From Eledone cirrhosa (taxonomy: Eukaryota), in assembly GCA_964016885.1 (NCBI GenBank), contig OZ024747.1, positions 21,886,001 to 21,950,000 of the forward strand: a DNA stretch of 64,000 nucleotides, given 5' to 3'. Below, in pieces: positions 53,443 to 64,000 of this stretch (position 1 is its first letter; each line of letters begins with the position of its first letter). A model generated the notes under the pieces. The model ran no database searches. It was given only the letters and a program-made list of their open reading frames with translations, and was not told the DNA's origin. The translations under genes were made by a program, and so were the position numbers.

Positions 53443-53802
53443 ATATATATATATTGTTATACTTTGGGAGGGTCATGTTGCCAATAAGAAACACACGCAC
53501 CAGTTGCTTTCACTTCAATTTATTATAATAAATTTATAATAAATTTATAAATTTATAAATTTCTGGTTGGTTGGTTGGTTCCACAACCAGATAGTTGTTT
53601 ATATATAGTCATAGTTCTTTCGTCACACACTCTGTGACCTCTTCAGTGACTGGGGATTCCTTTCTTTGTTTCTGTGCCTCTCCTTTGTTCTGTCCTACGC
53701 CATTTTGTTTCTTATTGGCAACATGACCCTCCCAAAGTATAACAATATCGGTTTCAACACACGATTTCAGATAAAGAATCTTGCTAAACAAATTCAGAAA
53801 CG

Positions 53803-53842
<40 letters not shown>

Positions 53843-53905
53843 GCGTGGCAAAGAATAACTTCCGTTACCAAACAAAATCATGAGCAATATATAAAATATA
53901 GTATA

Positions 53906-54008
<103 letters not shown>

Positions 54009-54055
54009 TCTCTCTCTGTATATATATATATATGTATCTATACGTACATAGATAC

Positions 54056-54129
<74 letters not shown>

Positions 54130-54130
<1 letters not shown>

Positions 54131-54466
54131 GAAAAAGTGGAGAATAACATGGTCAACAGTACAAAAAAGGGGATTTATTTACAGTCTAACAATTGTTTCT
54201 CTGATTAAGTTGTCTAAAAATTGCTGAACACTAGAAGGAGTGACACCCAATTTCAAATACGATGCTAGCTCAATCAGATCTTCAGAAACTGTTGATCTTC
54301 ATAAACAGTTTCTGAAGATCTGATCGAGCTAGATCGTATTTGAAATTGAGTGGCACACCTTCTAGTGTTCAACAATTTTTAGACAACTTAATCAGAGAAA
54401 CAATTGTTAGACTGTAAATAAATGTCCTTTTTTGTACTGTTGACCATGTTATTCTCCACTTTTTCA

Positions 54467-54470
<4 letters not shown>
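54130..54470. mobile_element. Fold-back hammerhead element, family I
   Basis: About 340-bp palindrome centred near 54297 between (TA)n runs. Confidence 0.82.
54305..54415 (+). ncRNA. Type I hammerhead with large stem II insertion (mirror copy on minus strand, 54181-54292)
   Basis: ACAGTTT-CTGAAGA-TCTGAT...ATCAGA-GAAAC-AATT-GTT-AGACTGT. Confidence 0.8.
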
Positions 54471-54558
<88 letters not shown>

Positions 54559-54715
54559 CGTGTATACATAGGAATACAAGTAAAATCATAAACTCGTCAT
54601 CTACGTAAACCTCTTGTTGAGTCAAACAACGCCGTACGCTAAAACTATCCATAATAAGAAGTATTCACAACCTCTAACTGGATTACCTATAACGATATTT
54701 TGTTATTTTGTTATC

Positions 54716-54786
<71 letters not shown>

Positions 54787-55028
54787 GATGCGATAAATAC
54801 CTTAGGATCCCACAAAAAAACAAAACAAAACAAAAATAAACATCGTTATAAATACATATAGATATATAATTTTGAATGAACCATATTGTATTTCAAGTGA
54901 TATCACATAATTTAATTCTTGAGTTTCTATAACTTTTCTTTTAATCCGTTTCATATGGTCCGTATTATTAGATAGCTGCAGAAACCTCACGAAACCATTC
55001 TTTGCCCCTCATCCCCTACACATCCCTC

Positions 55029-55059
<31 letters not shown>

Positions 55060-55599
55060 TGTATGTATGTATGTATGTATGTATGTATGTAGGTATGTAT
55101 GTAGGTATGTATGTATATATTTATGTATGTATGTACGTATATATGTATGCATGTATGTATGCAAGTGTGTGTGTGTGTGTGTGTAAATATGCATGTGAGT
55201 GTGTGTGTATGTATGTGTGTGTGTGTGTATGTATGTGTGTATGTATGTGTGTGTGTATGTATGTGTGTATGTGCATATGAGTGTATGTATCTATGTAGAT
55301 ATACGCATGAATATATATATATATGTATGTATGTTTGGATGTGCATGTGTGTGTATATGTGTATGTATGTATGTATATATATATATATATGAATGAATAT
55401 ATGTATGTGTGTGTATGTATCTGTATGTGTGTATGTATGCATGTATGTGAGGAGGGTGATTTTGGACATCCTGCAGGACAAAAAACAAAACCTGACAAAG
55501 GGCGAAAGAACGCATAAGAGCAAACGGCCATCCAAAATTGTGTAAATATGTATATACACATGTACATATGTATGTATATGTATATGAGCTGGGACATAG

Positions 55600-55940
55600 A
55601 AATAGTCGGGCTGGATACCCGATCGCGCGGTTAAACCACTGGGAGTGAAGGACCCCTAGCCTTTGTCAGGGCATTCTTCTAGGAGAAGGCAACTCAGGAA
55701 ACTGGGATAACTCCGATATAAAACCTGCGGCTCAGTAGTTACCGATGATGTTGATATTTTCTTCTTTTCGGGTTATAGCTACTGTCGCTCAGAGAGTGGG
55801 ATTGGCTCAGTGCACAGTCTTTCTTCACTTTAAAAATATCTTCAGGCTCACGCATTGCACGATAGAATTAATTAATAATTATTAATAATGGTATATCGTG
55901 CAATGGCCATACTCAATAACGAGGGGGCAGCCATCATGTA
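55600..55940 (+). mobile_element. LINE-derived fragment (RTE-like 5' UTR joined to a 3' tail)
   Basis: CTAGGAGAAGGCAACTC motif; 3' end GGCCATACTCAATAACGAG..GCAGCCATCATGTA resembles 21733-21770. Confidence 0.45.
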
Positions 55941-56132
55941 AATATGCATGTATGTATGAATATATGTATGTATATATTCGCATATCTATGTATGCATATA
56001 TCTATGTATCTATGTATATATACGCATGTATGTATGTATGTATGTATGTATGTATGTATGTATGTATGCATGCATGTATGTATGTATGAATGCATGTATG
56101 AATATATGTATGTATATATACGCATGTATATA

Positions 56133-56166
<34 letters not shown>

Positions 56167-56494
56167 TAAGTATATGAATGTATGTATGCATAAGTAGACA
56201 TTCAGATAAATATGCATGTATGTATGAATATATGTATGTATATATTCGCATATCTATGTATGCATATATCTATGTATCTATGTATATATACGCATGTATG
56301 TATGAATATATGTATGTATATATTCGCATATCTATGTATGCATATATCTATGTATCTATGTATATATACGCATGTATGTATGTATGTATGTATGTATGTA
56401 TGTATGTATGTATGTATGTATGTATGGATGCATGCATGTATGTATGTATGAATGCATGTATGAATATATGTATGTATATATACGCATGTATATA

Positions 56495-56540
<46 letters not shown>

Positions 56541-56637
56541 TAAGTATATGAATGTATGTATGCATAAGTAGACATTCAGATAAATATGCATGTATGTATG
56601 AATATATGTATGTATATATTCGCATATCTATGTATGC

Positions 56638-56670
<33 letters not shown>

Positions 56671-56788
56671 TGTATGTATGTATGTATGTATGTATGTATG
56701 TATGTATGCATGCATGTATGTATGCATGCATGTATGTATGTATGAATGCATGTATGAATATATGTATGTATATATACGCATGTATATA

Positions 56789-56856
<68 letters not shown>

Positions 56857-56899
56857 TAAGTATATGAATGTATGTATGCATAAGTAGACATTCAGATAA
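55938..56899. repeat. Complex (ATGT)n/(AT)n tandem block, three super-units of about 270-370 bp
   Basis: GCATAAGTAGACATTCAGATAAA recurs at about 56188, 56562 and 56878. Confidence 0.85.
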
Positions 56900-57222
56900 A
56901 GATGCCACGAAAGCAGACGACTGCCTGCGTTCTTTCCGGCTAACGATATCCCATATCGCAGCTGAAACCTGAGCAAGGTTCATGTTTCATGTACCTTTTG
57001 TAAATGGGAGAAAAATCGTTTTAACACAAAGCACCGAAACACCATCCACCCAACTCCCTTTCGTCTACTTCACATATTGCCTGCACCTATGTTACATAAA
57101 CACACATATATACATACATATATAAAATATTAAACAAATAATGAACAAACAATTCCTTATATTAAACAAAAAAAGTTCACTATACGGATTGGACACTACC
57201 GTAAACTCTTGGTAGATTTATC

Positions 57223-57259
<37 letters not shown>

Positions 57260-57515
57260 GCATATATGCATACATGCATACATACTTGCATACGTAGATA
57301 AACATAGACAAACATATACATACATAAATATAAATACATACATATATATGCGTTCGTATATATATATATATATGCGTACGTACATACGTATATGCTTACA
57401 TACTTGCATACGTAGATGAACATAGACAAACATATACATACATAAATATAAAAACATACATATACTCTCGTACGAATATATATATATATATGTAAGAACG
57501 CATATATATGTACGA

Positions 57516-57568
<53 letters not shown>

Positions 57569-58244
57569 TACGTACATACGTATATGCTTACATATATGCA
57601 GAAACATACATACATATGCATCCGTGCTCATGCATAAATGCATACATTCATATATACATGCACATACCAACATGCAGACTCATATACATACATATACATA
57701 CGTTCGTACATACATACATAAACATACTTAAGCATACAGATATACATACACATACAGACATACACGCACATTTACATACAAATGCATAAATGCATTCACA
57801 TACAGATGCCCTCACACGTACATACACATACATACACACATACACGCATGCATATATTCGCACATACACACACACATTCACAAGAAACATACACACACAT
57901 ACTACATACATACATACACATACTATAGACCATACATATATAAACATACACATCCTCCATCACACAGACATTTGTTGTCTTTAAACTTGTAAAAAGTTAA
58001 TGTGTTTCCGATTTCCTTTGAAGCTCTTCACGACGGTGAGGTGCGTTATGTCTGTTTGTATTGGTTGTTTTACTAGCTTATTGTAAACCTAGCATGGTTG
58101 TATGGTTAAGACGTTCACTTCGCAATGTTTAGGTCCTGGGTTCGCTCCCTTTGTGTGGAGTCTTGGACAAAACGAGTTAGCCAGCGACGAAGTCTCAATC
58201 TGATCTTTCAATCCGTGGACAGAGAAATTGGGTAGACTTTCCTT

Positions 58245-58980
58245 TGGTATGTTGATGGTGTGGTGTTGGTGGTGTGGTGCTGGTGGTGTGGTGCTGGTGG
58301 TGTGGTGCTGGTGGTGGTATGTTGGTGGTGTGGTGGTGGTGGTGGTGTGGTGCTGGTGGTGGTGTGGTGCTGGTGGTGTGTTCCTGGTGGTGGTATGTTG
58401 GTGGTGTGGTGCTGGTGGTGGTGTGGTGCTGGTGGTGGTATGTTGGTGGTGTGTTCCTGGTGGTGGTATGTTGGTGGTGTGGTGCTGGTGGTGTGGTGCT
58501 GGTGGTGTGGTGCTGGTGGTGGTATGTTGGTGGTGTGGTGCTGGTGGTGGTGTGGTGCTGGTGGTGGTGTGGTGCTGGTGGTGTGTTCCTGGTGGTGGCA
58601 TGTTCCTGGTGGTGGTATGTTGGTGGTGGTGTGGTGCTGGTGGTGGTGTGGTGCTGGTGGTGGTGTGGTGGTGGTGGTGGTGTGGTGCTGGTGGTGTGTT
58701 CCTAGTGGTGGCATGTTGGGTGGTGTGGTGCTGGTGGTGGTGTGGTGCTGGTGGTGTGTTCCTGGTGGTGGCATGTTGATGGTGTGTTCCTGGTGGTGGC
58801 ATGTTGGTGGTGTGTCCTGGTGGTGGTATGTTGGTGGTGTGGTGATGGTGGTGTGATGCTGGTGGTGGTGAGGTGCTGGTGGTGAGGTGCTTGGTGGTGG
58901 TGAGGTGCTGGTGGTGAGGTGCTGGTGGTGGTGTGGTGCTGGTGGTGGTGAGGTGCTGGTGGTGAGGTGTTGGTTGTGGT
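58245..58980. repeat. (GGT)n-derived complex repeat
   Basis: GGTGGTGTGGTGCT and GGTATGTT units. Confidence 0.9.
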
Positions 58981-59129
58981 TGTAATGGTGGTAAAAGGTG
59001 TGTAGTTTGACTCAGCAGTTCTAATTGTAAGGATTTGTTTGAAGAGGAACCATTAACATGTTCGTTTCAGCTGGTCGAACAACTTAACTTAAAAACAGAG
59101 AACTTCCATTGTTCACCAACAAATTACAT

Positions 59130-59600
59130 TGTTACAGTTGTTGTTGTAGTTATTGTTGAAGTTGTTGTTGTTGAAGTTGTTGTTGTTGTAGTTGTTGTTG
59201 TTGTTGTTCTAGTTGTTGTAGTAAGTTGTTGGTGTTGTTATTGATGTTTGTTGTTGTTGTTATTGTTGTCATTGTTGTTATTGTTATTGTTGTCGTTGTT
59301 GTTGTTGTTGGTGTAGTTTTGGTATTGTTGTTGTTGAAGTTGTTGTTGTTGTAGTTGTTGTTGTTGTTGTTGTTCTAGTTGTTGTAGTAAGTAGTTGTTG
59401 TTGTTATTGATGTTGTCGTTGTTGTTGTTGTTATTGTTGTCGTTGTTGTTATTGTTGTTGGTGTAGTTTTGGTATTGTTGTTGTTGTGAGTTGTTGTTGT
59501 TGTCGTCGTCGTTGTTGTTGTCTTTATTGTTGTCATCGTTGTTGTTGCTGCTGTTACAGTTGTTGTTGTTGTCGTTATTGTTGTTGTTATTGTTGTTGTG
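59130..59600. repeat. (GTT)n repeat
   Basis: Direct inspection. Confidence 0.9.
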
Positions 59601-60133
59601 TAGGTGGTAAGGATGATGTCCGCAATGTATGAGTTGGTGGTAGTTCATGTCAGCTGTGAATTGTTTTTGTTGTTAACACACCTCTCTCTAGTAATTGTCA
59701 AAGGATATAAAAATATATATATATGTGTATGTACAACCCATTCATATTTATGTAATGTGCATAGGTGTGTTTGAAGGAAGAGGTTTTGTTTCCAGTCACT
59801 TTCCCTTTTTATGAATGCTAGTTCTCCATATATAGGTTAGTAGCGTAGGTGGATTGGCAAAATTGGTAGAGTGTCTGATAAAATGCCATTGTGGTATTTG
59901 TTCTGTCTCCCCGAAGAATCCAAACCTTGCCGACGTGTCAATATACTTTTCATCCTTTAGGGTCGAATAAAATTAATTATCAGTCCTTGGTGGGGAATTG
60001 GCGGAATTTTTAAAGCCCCCCCGGGTGAAATGACTTGAATTATTGTTTCTCGTCTTTGAATTCAATTCAAATCCCACCAATAACGGTTTTGACAATAGGA
60101 AACTTGGGAATTTAATAAAAAAACAGGGACGCC

Positions 60134-60170
<37 letters not shown>

Positions 60171-60210
60171 GAGAAAGAGATAGAGAGAGATAGAGAGAGA
60201 GAGAGATTAG

Positions 60211-60318
<108 letters not shown>

Positions 60319-60351
60319 AGTATGAGAAAGAGAGAGTGTGTGTGTGTGAGA

Positions 60352-60390
<39 letters not shown>

Positions 60391-60578
60391 TGTGTGTGTA
60401 TGAGAAAGAGAGAGGGTGTGTGTGTGTGTGAGAGAGGGGAGAGAGAGAGAGGGAGAGAGAGAGAGAGAGAGTGTGTGTGTGTGTATGAGAAAGAGAGAGA
60501 GAGTGTGTGTGTGTGTGAGAGAGGGATAAGAGAGAGAGAGAGAGAGAGAGAGAGTGTGTGTATGAGAAAGAGAGAGTG

Positions 60579-60609
<31 letters not shown>

Positions 60610-60923
60610 GAGGAGAGAGAGAGAGAGAGTGTGTGGTGTGTATGAGAAAGAGAGAGTGTGTATGTGTGTGTGTGAGAGAAGGGAGAGAAGAGAAGAGAGA
60701 GATAGCTTGACCCTGCATTAATCAATATTTCGAACAAATTAGCCAAGTTAGGGGCAAACTGCGACCCCGTTTTGGCTTTCTAAATGGTACGCCTAATTTC
60801 CAAAACTGCCTTGAATATTTTAGTAGTGCTGCCTGCCTTATGATGAGCCACATCCTATACGGCCCACTGCTCGAAAAGGGTTGCCCATGCTTGAACTAGC
60901 TTGTCCATTCATTTCTTTATAAT

Positions 60924-61107
60924 TGTTTCTACTTTAGGCACAAGGCCAGCAATTACCCAGTGCATTACTGGTACTTTATTTTATCGACCCCGGTAAGGAT
61001 GAAAGGCAAAGTCAACCTCGGCGGGATTTGAACTCAGATCGTAAAGGGGACGTAACTATGCTGGAAAACATGGCGTCCGACCCTCCACCGAATACTTGCC
61101 AATCCAC
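60924..61107 (-). mobile_element. Full-length Meta-domain SINE with 14-bp TSD
   Basis: CATTTCTTTATAAT at 60910-60923 and 61108-61121. Confidence 0.88.
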
Positions 61108-61803
61108 CATTTCTTTATAATATGATGTCACCAGTTGGCGACTAGTACCGCTACTTTGTGTTTTCTAGTGATATTGCTGCTTGTGTTTTATCCCCTCCTC
61201 TCAGCCTCTTTCCCTACTATGTTACACCAGACACACGCACAATTACATATACTACACACAAATGTATACTAACACTCTACATGTTAAGTGGGCAGTGTTC
61301 TTCCTTCACTTCTACACAACCGGAAGTACTTAAAAAAAAAAATGAACAACAAAATAGTTCAATCTACTTGAGAAGCTCTTTAACGAACATTTAAATGGAG
61401 TAAAAATACGTTTTATACATTTCATACTATACGGCAGCTGTTGTTGTTGTTGTTATTGTTCCTTCACCAGCCCCCCCACCAATATCTCCCTCTCCATGTC
61501 TGAACACAGCCAATTCCTTCTCGAGAAGAAGAGAGGGAGAGAGTCTGAACACAGCCAATTCCTTCTCGAGAAGAAGAGAGGGAGAGAGAGGGGGATATAT
61601 AAATATATATATAGAAGGTTTCTGTATTCAAGTGCCAAGTAATTTGATTATATAAGAAGGTGCGGTAAGATACCAGGTGGACCATAACGCACCAGAGTAC
61701 TCAATACTTAGGGTAGTAGAGTGGCGGCTTAGTTCGGATCTAGCTGTCGAAACGGCAGGAGCTCAACCGTCGGAGTCCTGACTCTTTTCCTATATATATA
61801 TAT

Positions 61804-61849
<46 letters not shown>

Positions 61850-62162
61850 TTATATATATATATATATATAGGAACGATCGACTTTCATCAAATCGGACCG
61901 AGGAAACAATGTTTCCGTTGGTCTTTCCAATTGCTAATACTATCTATCGGTCGCAACTCCAGGTAGAAGGAGCAACGTGAAATAAAATGTCTTGCTCAAG
62001 GACATAACGCATCGCCCGGTCCAGGAATTGAACTCACAACCTCACGATTGCGAATCCAATTCTCTAACCACTCAGCCATATATATATGTTATGTATTTCC
62101 GAAGAAAAAACAAAGCAAAAAATTATATATATATATATAATAATGTATATATATATATATAT

Positions 62163-62231
<69 letters not shown>

Positions 62232-62779
62232 GTGGGTGAGAGGAATAGGGGGAAAAAAATCAATCACAGTACTGGATGGAACCTTTTATATCAACCTTCA
62301 CCGGAACGAATACCGAAAATCGTTCTAACGTTTTCTGACGTTTTCTAACGATTTCTAACGATTCTGACGTTTTAACAACTCTGCCACTTCACCACCTTAA
62401 ATTATCTAATGCATTTATTTCCTTATTTAACGTAGATATGACTGTTATTTCTATGACCTCGGGCAATCACGTAGAGGCTCCATCATTCGTTAAGTTTAGA
62501 GTGCCTTCCCCACTTGTCCTGTACTGAGATATCAGTCCCCCCCCCCCCCCCCCCCAAACCCACCTCACTCAACACAAAACGAGCCACGCCTTCAGTCAGA
62601 ATCAATTGAGCTGCAATAATTACGAAACCGAGGAGACAAAACAATTCTCACAGTCCTTCTCACCCATTACATGAACACAAAGAACAGAAGAATAAAGAAA
62701 GTGTTATTAATTAGATGTCATCACCATTTTCCTATATATATACACACACACACATATACACATATATATATATATTGGG

Positions 62780-62859
<80 letters not shown>

Positions 62860-62948
62860 TAATATATATATATTGGGTCGTCAAATATGAAATTTGTAGA
62901 CATTTGTAGAAAAGAAAACTAATTTCTACAAATTTCATACTTGACGAC

Positions 62949-63608
<660 letters not shown>

Positions 63609-64000
63609 ATATAAAACATGAGAAGAAAGAAGAATACTGCGTGGTTTGCACATAGGTTACATATGATAAAAATAGTCCTTCGTCAGTGATTTTCCAACCA
63701 TCATTGGTATTTCATCGCATTAAAAATCAGATACCTCAGGTTGGTGCGAGCAATAACTAAAAAAAGTTATTGGGACCAGAATTCGCGTAAGGCGAGGGGG
63801 ACAAGTAAACAACATAGAAGGATAAAAGCAAAGGAAAATGTATGACCCCGACGGCAGAGCTCAAGCCGTTTCGACGGCTATTTCTGGACTAAATTCAGTC
63901 CAGAAATAGCCGTCGAAACGGCTTGAGCTCTGCCGTCGGGGTCATACATTTTCCTATTACCCACTCTACTACCCTAAACATTGAGTACTCTGGTGCGTTA

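Overview
AT-rich, microsatellite-saturated animal DNA with no recognisable host protein-coding gene. The RTE LINEs, CORE- and Meta-type tRNA SINEs and very dense (TA)n/(CA)n runs resemble an octopus-like cephalopod genome (inference). Coding content is transposon-derived: a nearly full-length RTE LINE (4221-7997), a Neptune-type Penelope-like element (PLE; RT + GIY-YIG, 8207-14045, minus strand) with an inverted pseudo-LTR, and several LINE fragments. Also present are SINEs, MITEs, a Helitron-like element, a degenerate tRNA-Gly, and 51-bp and 40-bp tandem arrays. The main discovery candidate is a set of about 15-20 short non-coding elements from several unrelated sequence families, nearly all inside (TA)n runs. 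Most share one architecture: a fold-back inverted arm, a sense arm with a type I hammerhead ribozyme (so two mirror hammerheads on opposite strands), and an unpaired 3' tail, often with an ACTC...GAGTRCT motif. Three families also show partial-tandem 520-620 nt monomers. They look like PLE-mobilised, retrozyme-like ribozyme retroelements. All structures were folded by eye; coordinates are approximate to a few bases.
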